DNA of 64,000 nt from Ascidiella aspersa (taxonomy: Eukaryota), in assembly GCA_963924565.1 (NCBI GenBank), contig OZ004612.1:9548001-9612000 (forward strand), read 5' to 3'. Position numbers and translations under genes: made by a program. The notes beneath the pieces are model-generated. The model saw only the letters and a program-made list of their open reading frames with translations, had not been told where the DNA came from and searched no databases. Position 1 is the first letter of the stretch. Every line of letters begins with the position of its first letter. Below, one piece after another: positions 1-12,426 of the stretch.

Positions 1-297
1 TTTGATGTCCACAAACGCTAATAATGTTGCTACATAAATAAAACAAATTGTAAGTCACTTTTTGATCGCGGTATTTAGTTTTCTAAAAAGTTTACCAAAT
101 GCATTTCACATCAGAAAGGCAATAAAATGCCAAAATGTAGATGAACGTTTCCAATCATTGATTAGCTCCAGATGGGTTAACGTGTTTGCGATGTGTAGAT
201 TGCAGTCGTATATAAAGCGAGCACTTTCTCGAATGAAAGGTAGCGTTTAACGTCAACTATCAATATAGAATAACAGCATTCATTATGCGTATCGTAC

Positions 298-3200
298 CTG
301 GCTAATGAAAGCGCGGAGGTCGCCGGTTGCTATGTGAACTTTAGCGGTGGCGCCCCTGAGCTCCTTCCGGCCTGTGTCGCTCACTGTTGCTAGGCGACTG
401 TTGATGCTGGTGAAGAACGAGTTCAAAACCTGTAATCAACATTTTAATAGGATAGTTGTTATTATGACTATAATGACCGGTTCGCGTTGAAAAAGTTTGT
501 ACCTTGAGGATAATGTTGATATGATTGTGCGCCCCACATAAGTGGGAGATTTTGACCAAACACTATTTTAAACAGAGCTTGACATTTTTTTTTTCAACAT
601 ATGTAGTTTCGATTTTCAGAATTTCTAAAGTATGACCCAAACCAAAAAAATGAAAAAAACGATACCGCTTTAATTGTACTTAAAATACAAAACACACTTA
701 CAATATGTGATACTTAAAAAGGATGAAAAACAATTATGGCACGCAAATTCAAAAAAGTTGTTTTGAGGTATGGTTGTTAAAACTATTCTGCAAGTTAACA
801 ACACACAAGCGTTTTAAAATGTTTGTACTCGATTTGACGTTAATTATCGTATGTGTATTCAGATTAGTTTGTTCTGCCCCATTATCAATAATAATGAAGA
901 CCATTTAACTTGCTATCACATTTCTATTTTCTATAAAAACGGTAACATCTACTCTCGTTTATAACTCAACAACAAAGCACCTGTCCCCTTGACTTGGCGA
1001 TGGCCCGGAGTGTGTCCAGCGAGAGGACGTTGGTGGTTCCCTCCCAGATGCTGAGCACCTGAGCATCCCGGAGGAAGGTCGGGAGTCCCGTGTCCTCCAG
1101 GTATCCGGCTCCTCCAAAGCTCTCCAGACCCTCGGATGCCATGGCAACGGCCTGGAAACGCAAAGAAGAAGAACAACAACAATGATTATCAATCAGTATT
1201 CTTTTTTTTAATTTATATTTTGCCTATACCTGCATCGCCAGTTCCTTATTCAAATAGAATGAATAAGGAACTGAAGATGCCGGTATAGGCGAAATATATA
1301 TTCCTTTCTGTTTTTTTTTTAACTTTGGGTTTTATTAGATAGAAATCGCTCTTCTGGTGTAAACGAAGTATAAACCGACGTTTCGGCGATTTCTATCTAT
1401 TGATATGTTGCCTGGTGGAGCTAATTCCATTTTGGGATTTATTGTTTAATAATGTGTCAGCGAAACAATGATCGAAGAAACCTGCTGCCAATGGTATTGG
1501 ATCAAATAAAGATACGCCTTTTTTATTTGCTAAAAGTGATGTCTTTAAATGTGAATATTGTAAACTTAATTTTACCGTTGGCCCTGAATAATATTTAGAT
1601 AAAAAATCATAAACGGGAAGCCTTTAGGATAAACCCTAAACAAGTTTCTGTTATAAAAACTATCCGTAGCTTGAAACGAGCAAATCCAAAAAAAAATAGC
1701 CAAAACACTGGCTTTTTAACATTTTGCGCTCTGTTTTTGTAGTCACAAAACCATTTTTACTTCATGGTTAAAAAGCGAACTCTACGCTATATGATATAAG
1801 ATAAAATGCAACCGCAAAATTTTGACAAAACACTTTTTGTCAATATGTGCCGTTTAGTCAACAATAACAACCGTGTGGTATATTTTATGGGTGAATGCCA
1901 GGAGGATTAAAGGTTTCGGAGTAATTTATACCTTTAGGATAAGTATGTGAATTTTCATAAAACATTAGACTAACCATGGCAAATTATTACTTAATGCTTA
2001 AAATATTGCAAAATGGTGAAATTGTAACCCTACAACGGGCACAAAAGCCCCAATGCTTAATTTTTACTCTTGCGCAAAACAAAAACACGGACAAAAACTT
2101 AAAATCAAAGCCCTGACCTGTTTAGCTGTGTAAAGTTTGCAGATGGGCGTCATAAGTCGTAAAAGGTCGTTGGTCTCATCCGACGCGCCGTCCGGCGACG
2201 CTTCACTGATTCCGAGAAGTCGAACGACCTCGAAAACCATCAGAAAAGCAGCACGACTTTCGACGTCGATGCTGTAAAAAGAAAAGAGGCATAAAACTTT
2301 GTGCGGCACGTCTATGATCAAACCTTACGTTTTACAATACCAAATCAGCAATGCGCCAATCAGATTTTATATAGTTTGTACTACTAAGTGGTGATAGTCT
2401 GCTTTTTAACCAAAACTTTCTTAAAAAATTACAAGGAAACTATATAAAAGCATAAATTCCGTGTCAAGTAAGCAAATTTTACGTTACTTTGTGAATTGCT
2501 GCAGCGATACTTTGTGCAACGGTACAAATTTAGTATCTTTAAGGGGGCTTATAGCACAGGACCGCTGGTAAAACGAAGGCGGTAATAAGAAAGAATTAAG
2601 ACTTGATCAGTCTAATTTTAACAATACTTAAAATAGGTAACACGTTGATTGTGGGAGAGGCATTCCAGCATTTCTGGCGTTAAAAAATGTACTTTTGACG
2701 GCCGCTCCAAATTCAAAAAGGTATTTAACACTGCTAAAATTTCCACACAACCTTCAGAACAGAAATCCGACGCAATAGCAAGCAAAACTACGGCCCAAAA
2801 CGAGGAACAACAGCAGCACTCAGACTCACCGCGCCAGCGTCTGCACGTGCAGCGGATGATCCTTGAGGTAGGACCCGAAAGCCTTCCGCTTCGTGGCGTA
2901 GTCCCTGGAGAGCAGGAGCAGGCGGCGCATGTTGGCGGCCGACCAGACCGAGTTGTGGATTCGCGTTAAGGTCAGCATGCCTGAGATCTGCTTGACACCG
3001 GCCGACGACTGCCCGATCTGGTAGGATAGAGCGAATACACTTTTATAGGATTTGGCTTTGGGGTTTTTGTTTTGTGAGAGGATCTTTTCGCGTTTTGGGC
3101 ATTTGACACTATGCAGGAGGTAATATTCTCCAGAGATACTGGAACCTAGTTTAAAGTATTGCACATTTACGTTAAGTAGCCTTATTTCAATCATGGGTTT

Positions 3201-6200
3201 AGGCCTTTGCGAGAGTCCTAAATATGCTTTGGGGCATAATAGTTGGAGGTTTTAACTAGACGTAGTAAGAATATCAAAGCCCATACAGTTGCATTTTGAA
3301 CGTTTCGAATATCTCTTTTTTAATATCAACGCTATACCTACTTCTGTATGGGCTCTCAATTGTTACTACGTCATAAATATATATTTCAGTATTATTTTTA
3401 TCTGGTTAAAAAACGGAAATTAAATCATGTTTAGCGACTATAGGGTCGTCAAAGTTGGCAAGCGGGTCTGCAGTACCCGGTTCCAAACATGCAAATATGT
3501 ATTCAGGGTCGACACAAAATGGTCGTCCAGTCGGCAAAACAGGTCCCAATCCCAGGTGTAAAACACTATCCCCGAACGCACACAAATAAAATCCAACTCC
3601 TAACTTACAAGGTGCGCCTTTGTGCCTTGTAGCAGCAATTCTCCGGTTGGAAGCTGCCGGGTTCCCAACTTGTCCTTAAGCCGTTGCACCTGGAGCCCGT
3701 TGAGCCCCGACGCCGGGTCACGGCAGCTGGGGTCGCGCGTCTCCAGGTAGAAGAGGGAAAGTCCCTTGGACCCCGGCGGGACGTTGCCCCTGGCAACGAA
3801 AGGTTGTCAATTGTTTAAAGACATGTTAAATCAGTGTTTCTGTTCAGACCGTTAAAAGTCTTGATTTTTTTGAAAACGTTAACATCTCGATTTTCAGTTG
3901 GGCGCCAAATCTTTGTTTTTGCGAATTTGACAATTTCCTTCGGTGGAAGTGCTTATATGTTGCCTGTGTAAGTCTATAGACGAAACGACATCAGAATTCG
4001 GCCAGCAACAAAAAAGTTATTTTTTTGCAGGTTTTGCAAAAAAATAACTTTTTGTTTCTGGCCGAATTTTGATGTTGAACGAATTTTTTTTTTCTGGCCG
4101 AATTTTGATGGTTAAGAATCTTAACCTCTAGATCGCGACCCGAGATTTGCTCACCGTTTGATTTGGTTAGGCCGCCTACTGCAGTAGTGCACATGGTTAG
4201 ATGGATTGAATTTGGTTGTGAGCAAGATTTCTCAATAATTTGAAAAAAAAAATGTCATGGTGTTTATTCACTTTAAGCTTACAAAAAGTTCAGTGGAGAG
4301 AATCGAGTCGCCAAAGTGTCACTTTTCAATATACGGCCGAGATGTTGGGTCGACCAAAAAAAGGCTGAGAAACACTACGCAAGTAAAGATAACTTAATGC
4401 AATGATTTTCAACCTTTAACACCGTTCGCACTTTTGTATTTCGCAAAATTTTCATCCGCGCGAAACAAGAATTAGTAAGTTTGCAACCTTTAATTTTCCC
4501 TATTTGTGAAATAACAATGAAAGGATTTGTGTATCAAAACCGTGAAGCATAGCTTGAACTGCAATAAACCACATGGAGACTATAATACTGTACCTGTAAC
4601 GAATAAGTGGGCCCACCAGCTTATTAGATTATTGTATTAAAAAAACAATAAACAGTTTTACGACAGTTTTTAAGTTATTGAAACAACCTAAATAAAAACT
4701 GTTATTAATTACTTATACTTTCTGTTTGTAAAAAAAATATCAAAACCCAACATGGCTTACATAACATAAGAGTAACGACGTTAAAAACAACTGCCAGTCA
4801 AACTTACTGTTCGTCGACAATCCGGGCCAGTGTTAGGGCCATGTCGGCGTCGGTAGCCGACGTGAACCACTTGTATCCGTGCAAAGCGTAGCTGCCGTCG
4901 TCTTGTAAGTACGCCAGGGTGTCGGTGCCATTCGCTGAGAAAGGCATCAGGGAAATATTAATTTTGTGATCAAGAAATACAGTAGTTGTTGGTTAGGTGC
5001 ACACAACAATGAGCACCCAGTGGATTTTAAGTTAACTTGGATTAAACTTTTATGTCGTTCCTATTTGTTCCTGGCGCGTTCTTGCTAAAATTTCGGGTTT
5101 AGGTCAAAGTTTGTTTACTCTAAATTGGTTTAAGTTCTGACATGTTACAGCTTTAGGTATGGGAAAAAAATAAATCCCTCTTGAAAAATGGCATGTTTTA
5201 TTATTATGGATTACAAGATTGTCAAAAGCTAGGGCTTTATTTGCATACTTTTTGCTGTACATACACGAAGGAGAAGGCATATTAGGCCTTGTGTCAATAT
5301 TTGTTAAAACTTGGTTTAACATGTTAATCTTTAATAATACGTGTGTAGAAAAAGTTTACACATCAGTAAATTAAACCGTGTTCAGCGGGCCACAGATAAA
5401 ATAGGCGTGGGTTAATACCACCCTGTTATAGACCGTAAAAAACGAAAGAGTTCAAAGAAAAGAAAATTCATTCCTGCTGTACAGTTCGAGCTGGTCACGT
5501 GTTAACAAGTCACCTGTCCAAACATTAGTTTCTTGGCGTCGCCCAAAAACATTTCGGTGCCAGCGGACGACCATGCTTTAAATACCCAGGGGCGGCCAAC
5601 CGTTTAGAAATAAAAAGTCAGGTTTCTTACTTGATTAACCGCAAAGAGACACATAGACAGAAAAAAAACGGTTTCTTACACACATACATTTGCTCACCTG
5701 GATTTAATTAAATTGCGAAACACTAACAGTAATGCGTCGGCTACAGTTAGGTATTTTTCTTACAGTACATGACTTTTCCAATAAATGCCATCGCGGTTTT
5801 TAAGTTTCTAAAATCTGTTGACTTGACTCCACAAAATGGGAAATTATCTGATAAGGGTTGGATCTAGCAATTTTGTTTGATGGACATGGTAAAAACGTGA
5901 TGCCGAAATAAAGTCTCGTGCGCAAATATGCAATGAAAATATGCAAGGGAAATAAACATAAAAACATTCAAGGAAGAAGCGAACAAAAGACGCAAAGAGA
6001 CGCAAGGCGCATTTATGGCGAAGATTTCCTAACGGAGCAAGACATATCGAACAGCTAATCGATTTTTTGCACGTAGGTAGTTCAAATCGCCAAACAATTT
6101 AGCACACGGAAATCGACACTGGACATTCTAAAAAGTTCAAACACAACATGAACGTAAACGCCCCCCTAAAAATGGGCAAAGAGCCGCGGTTTGGCCACAC

Positions 6201-8534
6201 CTGCAATAGCACTTGATCCAGCAAGGAAGGCATAAGAAAGACGCAAAAGTTAGTCGCCTAGCGAATCTCTAATTTTTGGTATGGCAAATATTCTGAAAAG
6301 GAGAACAACATACCTACATCGGACCCTCCAGCCTTCTCTGTCATCCATTGACCCGAAGTCCAAAACTCACGAGGATCTTTACTGGTAAGGCGTCTGAATA
6401 AGAAATCTTTCGTTTGCAAAAAAACTACTTTTTTATGCAGGCTTTCTCTAAGAGAAACTTACGGAGTTTAAGCCCGTTACCGCGACTTATTTAACCACTT
6501 AGCCAAGGTAGATGACATGTGTTGTAATTACTTCAGTCAATGATTGTTTTCAAATGACTTGAATTGACTTGACTTAAGTCTTTTAGTCAAATGACTTCGG
6601 CCAAAACGAAGTATTTTCTTATTATTTTTTTTTATGTTATATTTTTTTTCACGTTTTTTTATTTTTTAGTTCAGGAGTTGTTTATAACCGTAGGAGTTAT
6701 TCTAAAGAAAAATTCTAATAGTTCAACATTTTATTTTTATGACAAGGACATGACTTCAGGTTGACTTGCTCTATGACTTGGGACTTGTTATTTATTCTGT
6801 GTTATTTATTCAAAAAGACTTGACTTGGACTTAAGAGAAAAAACACAACTTTATTTTACAAGTGACTTTTTTCACTTGTGTATTAACCTGGACCATGTTA
6901 AAAAAATGAAGAAAAAATAAAACAGCACAGCTTCAAGATAAATAGAGAGTAATACTAAAAATAGATTTTTTTTTCATATGGATTTTAGTTACAAACAACT
7001 TACATACCGAAGAGCTGTATCCATCATTTCTTTGTTATTCGAGCATCCACTGGAAAGATCGCTCTCTATGACTTTAGCAGCGCCATCCACCATGGCAAGT
7101 GGACAAGTGTACATTCCTGAAGATGGGGCAAATATGTACAACTTGGCCATCTGAAAGATCCGACTATGTGAAACAAAAAGAAAATTTATTAGGCACCCAA
7201 TTACTTGTTGTTAGTTAGGCCATATTTTTAAACATAAAAAACGACAGTTTCGACATAAAAAGTAAAACTTGGCAAATTGTAACCTTAAAATTTTTTATGA
7301 CAAATGTAGCAGGGTTTAATTTGAAAGATTTACTAAAATTTTGCATTTTAATTTTAGATGAATTTAAATTATAACAATAAACTATTTAATAAACAATTTA
7401 AAATTTTCAAATAGAACACCTTGTAACTGTTTTTATGACAAACATGAATTTTTACATAGTTTTAATTACAATAAATCGTCACACACAAAAAGATTATTAC
7501 ATTATTTCATTGCATAAAATTTGTGTTTTTTTAATTTATTAATCCAGAAAGGATCAGTATTTGAATGTGCAAAACGAAGCCTAAAAAACTTAACAACAAA
7601 ACTAAACCACAAAAACTGCACCTGAACTCGCTGTACGTCCTGTCATATCCATGTGCAATAATACCCTCAGTGGCTGCTATCGACTTCATGTTGTCCCACT
7701 CTTCACAAGTGTCGACCCTGTCGATTCTGTGACCCCAGGCATCAAATTGGGTGAGGGTTGGGGGCTTTGTCTCACAAAGTCTGCCCATGTCATCAATGTT
7801 GCTCACAATATCATCTCCGAAACGGCAAAGGTCATTTTCGATTTCTTCAAGAAACTGAATGCACAGGGGAAAGTAGATTAATGTGACTATATTAATTACA
7901 ACAAAAGTTTTAACTTTAATTTTGAACTCCACTTTCTTAACTGATTAGTAAGTCAATCCAACACATGTAGCACATAATAGAGCACACAGCTAAACATCTA
8001 CTAAGCAATGGCAAACAATTACAATTTTTGTCACAACAGTTTATCAAACCTAGTAGTTGTAAGTACTCCAATTTAAAATAAATGCTTAAACCAGACATAC
8101 AAACCTTTTGAGGTATGTGACGTCTCAAATAGGCTATAAGGATTGCATCGCTTTTGTAGGGGTTTTGAAGCTGTGGCCTATCTTGGTTGAAAGGGCCACA
8201 TTTAGAATGCTGATAATTCTGACTGTGGCCTACATTGTTCGCACCTGGTAAAACAAATTGTTCACACCTGTTTAATATTGTTAAAATGAAGTTGCAAACG
8301 GGAATTTGACCCCAACAAACCGATCATTAATTTGAAAAAATTACAAATATTTATTTTAATGACAAAGGCCTGTTTAATTTTATTACAAATTGAAATATGT
8401 AACATATTACAGCACAAACCTGAGTTAGAAACATCTTTATTTTGTGTCTCTGCATGATCTCCTAACCTATTTTCGTGCAATGAAAAGCACCGGAATGAAA
8501 TCTGCCGAGCATTTCGAAATATCAACAGGCTCAT
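298..8534 (-). CDS. AidB-like / ACAD11-like acyl-CoA dehydrogenase, 11 exons visible, 3' end beyond the left edge of the window
   Basis: GT-AG exons joined in frame at about 8534-8420, 8244-8105, 7854-7622, 7163-7008, 6393-6314, 4934-4808, 3789-3609, 3018-2830, 2272-2118, 1151-981 and 429-298. AidB-type ACAD motifs present: [79 protein letters not shown]. The Arg/Ser-rich N-terminus ([18 protein letters not shown]) resembles a mitochondrial presequence. Confidence 0.9.
1214..1298. repeat. Near-perfect inverted repeat (about 38-bp arms, 9-nt loop) in an ACAD intron
   Basis: tatattttgcctatacctgcatcgccagttccttattc pairs with gaataaggaactgaagatgccggtataggcgaaatata, with a few mismatches. Confidence 0.85.
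3262..3369. mobile_element. Small palindromic MITE-like element, with a second copy at about 22610-22710
   Basis: Terminal inverted repeats gtagtaagaatatcaaagcccatacag ... ctgtatgggctctcaattgttactac. The same taagaatatcaaagcccatacag...gaacgtttcgaata core recurs at about 22615-22665. Confidence 0.65.
5587..6203. mobile_element. Non-autonomous hAT-like element
   Basis: Ends caggggcggccaacc ... ggtttggccacacctg form a TIR. No clear TSD. Confidence 0.55.
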
Positions 8535-9001
8535 TGCCCAAACATTAGTTTACAACCATAGGAAATATTCACTATCTAATATAACTGACAGTCATCTAAA
8601 AGCAAAACAATTCAAAAAATGAAAACACAAAGGGCAGGAATTATTGAAAGTTTAATTCATGATAAAAACATAAATTAACTTATTGAAAAGTTTATTACAT
8701 TATGAAAACATTATTAAAAGAACCAAACAAATATGTACACTCACAAAAAAGAAAGAGGAACGGATTTATTAAAGTGATTTCATTATTTAATAAACCTTTT
8801 AACCTATTTTTATTTAAAGTGCTAAATGATGCAAAGAGCAAAACAAGATAGGAAGAAGTAGAAAAATAAATACATGCATAAACAGAAGTGAACTATACAA
8901 ATATTCAGTTATCAACCAAACTTATAGTTATATATATTCATAAGACAAATTCAAAAGCAATACACAGGAGACAAAAAGCAAACTACTGTTTAAGATCAAA
9001 A

Positions 9002-9553
9002 TTAGTGATCACCACTTATTGTTGGTCCTGACAAACGAATAATGCAATTTGTAATGTCACAAGCAACTCTGGTCATTCCTACTTCCTTCAGCATTTCAAC
9101 AAGCTGCCTTCGAGTTTTACCTTGCCGCCAAACTAGTAAAGCTTGAGCGCACACCAAATTTCTTTGAGTATCAGGTTGGGTAGCTTCATTGGGAAAACGA
9201 CCTATTTTCTCAAAAATTGCAATCAAATGAGGCTTATTAACATTGGATGCAACTCGATTAATGTCAAAGTCTCCAATTTCTCCATCTAGAGGATTGATTG
9301 GTTGTTGAGGTGTTTCATCTGGAGCCTGATTCTCATCAGCTGGTAATAGTTCCGAGCTTGGAGTGTCATGTTCCGGTTGATATACCAGATTAATTTGCAC
9401 ATTTTCTGATATAGTCCCCACAGGGACTGCTTTATTTTTATTATCTGCATCACCAGTAATTTCCTCTACATTTTCTTCCCTTGTATTTTGAGAAGTGTTA
9501 GATTTTGACCAATTTTTATCTTCTGGTTTTAGTGAATCTTCGTCTTTAGACAT
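9002..9553 (-). CDS. Death-domain adaptor-like protein 2 (183 aa; disordered acidic N-terminus, C-terminal death-fold domain)
   Basis: First ATG at 9553 (the listed ORF starts earlier at a non-ATG codon), with an acceptor ttttaataag at about 9599. The C-terminal ~85 aa follow a death-domain helix pattern: DINRVASNV...CAQALLVWRQ...TRRQLVEMLKEVGMTRVA, compared with the typical DD MLxxW...TxxxLxxxLxxxGxxxVA. Fold assignment is by eye. Confidence 0.6.
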   Translation of the reverse strand: MSKDEDSLKPEDKNWSKSNTSQNTREENVEEITGDADNKNKAVPVGTISENVQINLVYQPEHDTPSSELLPADENQAPDETPQQPINPLDGEIGDFDINRVASNVNKPHLIAIFEKIGRFPNEATQPDTQRNLVCAQALLVWRQGKTRRQLVEMLKEVGMTRVACDITNCIIRLSGPTISGDH

Positions 9554-10590
9554 GCCTGGTGTACCAGTAAAAACATAGGCACAGACGATACAATATAGCT
9601 TATTAAAAAACACAATAAAGAAAATTATGAACAAAAATATTTTTTATGTGGAAACTCATTATTAAAGGTATGTATTTCAAAAACACAAGACAATAGTAGT
9701 CGTTTTTTTAAATAGGCATGATCATGATATTAACAAGAATATTTGCAAATAACAGAATTGTTATAAATGTTACATTCAATAGCAGGCCTAATGTGTTTGT
9801 CAGGGAGCTATGAAATACTTAAACTAAATTTCACTTAAAGAATTACAGGAAAAGTGTATTATTAAATATTAATTATATAATCAAACCATGTAAAATAATT
9901 ATATTGAAGAACAATATGAAATTATTAAAAGACTAAAAAACTTTGCAAAGCATATAACCCTTAGAATGTTAATTAAAATATATGTTACCTTATTGATTTT
10001 GGGAACATACTTATTCAGTTAAAACAGAAGTAACTAAAAATAAGTGCAGTGCTTTTTTATATTATAAACTACAAAAAAACATGTGATTTTTTATTGAACT
10101 CAATGGTTCTAAAACTGGGAACAGCAGACCACTGGTGTTACATTACTTATATATTATATTGGTCATATTAGATTGTCATTAAGTTTTATTGATGAATAAT
10201 TAATCCTTAAAAACTTTTGTAAGTAGTTTGTATGTGTACAGATCTAAAGTCGTTATAATTAATTATTGTACCCTGATTTTCAATTATACTTGTTTTAAAA
10301 ACAGATGTTTAAAGAAAGCAGATTGTGTATACCTACTCAAAAAGTTTGAAAACCACTGTTTGTAGAAGTAGCTAGTAATTTTCCATAAATAACACCCCTC
10401 TGGGTTGCCCAATATTAATGCACATGCCTATGATACACCACGGTTACCAGCACCCAAAATGCTTGTATATATAGATCCATACAATAAAAAGGCGACAGTT
10501 TGCAACAGGATGCTTATTAAACTAAAGTGGCAGAAAAGCATGGCTAAGAAGAGAAGAACAAAAAACAGTTGTAAGAACAATAAAAAACAG

Positions 10591-11112
10591 TCATATGCGA
10601 CTCCCGATCAATTCGTCTACCATGCCAGCTACATCGGTTGTTCTGGCAACATCTGCTGTTCTGCCGGCTTCTTTTACCAAGCTGATAAGGCATTCTACAG
10701 TTCGACGCTCATTTTCACCGACATTTGCCCTCCAGAAGTCAAGCATTTTGGCACAGGCTCGAGGACGGTCTCTTACTTCTTTGCACTGCTCTTTCTGGAC
10801 TTCTGTCAGATTGACTACCGTTAGAAGCTCCTTGTTAAAAGCTTTTGTTGCTTTTGAGGTCACCATGTTAATGTGAAGCTCATCGATTTGACGGCTACTT
10901 GGAAGTTCTGGAAAAGTGTTGCTGGAGGAATCATAATTTTGGTCATTCATAAAAGCCCCTGCCTGGTTATCCCTTCCTACAGCAGAGCCATCAACATGCC
11001 GTATTTCATTCTCTATGGTACTTGTGGTTGACATATCTCCACTTGGTTGGTTGGAAGATAACTCAGTTGAATAATCCCCAGATGGCCTTGTATTGTTATA
11101 AGGGTTGGACAT
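10591..11112 (-). CDS. Death-domain adaptor-like protein 1 (173 aa; RHIM-like motif plus C-terminal death domain)
   Basis: Single coding exon with an acceptor ttttaaatag at about 11147. The C-terminus ACAKMLDFWRANVGENERRTVECLISLVKEAGRTADVA matches DD helices 5-6. The Ser/Thr-rich N-terminus contains IRHVDGSAVGRDN. Architecture parallels the 9002-9553 gene. Confidence 0.65.
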   Translation of the reverse strand: MSNPYNNTRPSGDYSTELSSNQPSGDMSTTSTIENEIRHVDGSAVGRDNQAGAFMNDQNYDSSSNTFPELPSSRQIDELHINMVTSKATKAFNKELLTVVNLTEVQKEQCKEVRDRPRACAKMLDFWRANVGENERRTVECLISLVKEAGRTADVARTTDVAGMVDELIGSRI

Positions 11113-11599
11113 ATTTCTTATTTGTTAAAACGAAAGCATACAAATTCTATTTAAAACAAATAGATGTAGTTATAAGCACGTTAACTATTTTTTTAATCTG
11201 ATAGGCACTGATATTGTATTGCTTGATATAATTTACTTCAAGGAAGGCTTTCTGGACCACTCAGGAAAAGGTCAGATTAACAATTTTTGACATATGTACG
11301 TATTTTTCAGGGTACCGTTCTTATAAACTCGCACAAATTATTATGACGTTAGTATATAAAAAAATGAGGAACCAGATAGAAAATGTTGGATTTCACCATC
11401 ACTTTACCCATATCACGTGATTAAAACCAAGGTATGTGTTTTGAACAAAACAAAAAAAAACTAAATTTAATTGTTTAATTTTAAATAAAATATACCTATT
11501 CTGTAATCTACATTATCATGAGTTGTTTTAGTTTAGTATGAAAAATAGTAAAAATATGCCGAGTCATTATGAAATGGCACAAGTTTTCGCATGTTTACG

Positions 11600-12010
11600 T
11601 TTTTTAAACATTTGTTGTAAATTTTAGGTTTCTGGGCGGCGAGCATTAAGATTTTTTATTTTAAGACAAATATAATATCCCAAACAGTGTCCTTGAAAAA
11701 AACTCAGGATTTGTCGTGTACCGAATAGGATCATCAGCAAGGTTCAATAAATCGAGCCGGCGTGTCCGCTTTAGTTGACTTGCGGGTGCGGTAACTGCAC
11801 TGCATTCAAACGTTCACGTAGTCGCAGTTTTTTTTATATAAAATAGGAAAACGTATGCCGGCCTTTATGCACTTTCTAAGTAATAAAGCTCGCGTTGCAG
11901 GTTTCAGTTTTGGGCCGTTGGCATGTCCAGCCTTTTTGTTAAAGATCAACATGTTTACTGTTCAATTAATTGATTTAAAGTAGGGCTGCGGAGTCGGGAC
12001 TGGGCACCAG
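11600..12010. promoter_or_regulatory. Probable bidirectional promoter for the DD1-DD2-ACAD (-) and GLO1-ADAT2 (+) units
   Basis: Locally GC/CpG-richer segment between two divergent gene blocks, in otherwise CpG-poor surroundings. Positional inference only. Confidence 0.4.
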
Positions 12011-12426
12011 AAAGATCACGTAAGACTACCCAAGTCTTGGCGTGCGCTGCACTTTTTGAAACTAAAAAGTCGAAAACTGTGAATTGTAATGGTGAAATAC
12101 CAGGAATAGCAAATGGTGGAATATTTTACAACCACTCAATGTATGGATAAATTATATGACACCCTATGTGCGGATTCCTGAAATTGACCATAATTATATA
12201 ACATAAATGAGTGAAAAGCAACTGTATAGTCAGAGCTGGACTCAGGACTGGAAGTCAGACTCGGGTAATCATTTTGGCCAGAGTCAGACTTATGTTATTT
12301 TTTACCGACTCAATTTACAGCACAACAGCATTGAACAATTTTCAAAACAAATTGAGCAAACTTTTTGCAACACTACGTTGTAGGTTTAAAAATAATATAC
12401 CAGGTTATACCCACCCGAATTCAGTC

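Noticed and set aside
10405-10876. Plus-strand ORFs overlapping DD1
   Set aside because: Non-ATG or weak starts and no domain signal; the minus-strand ORF has the coherent architecture.
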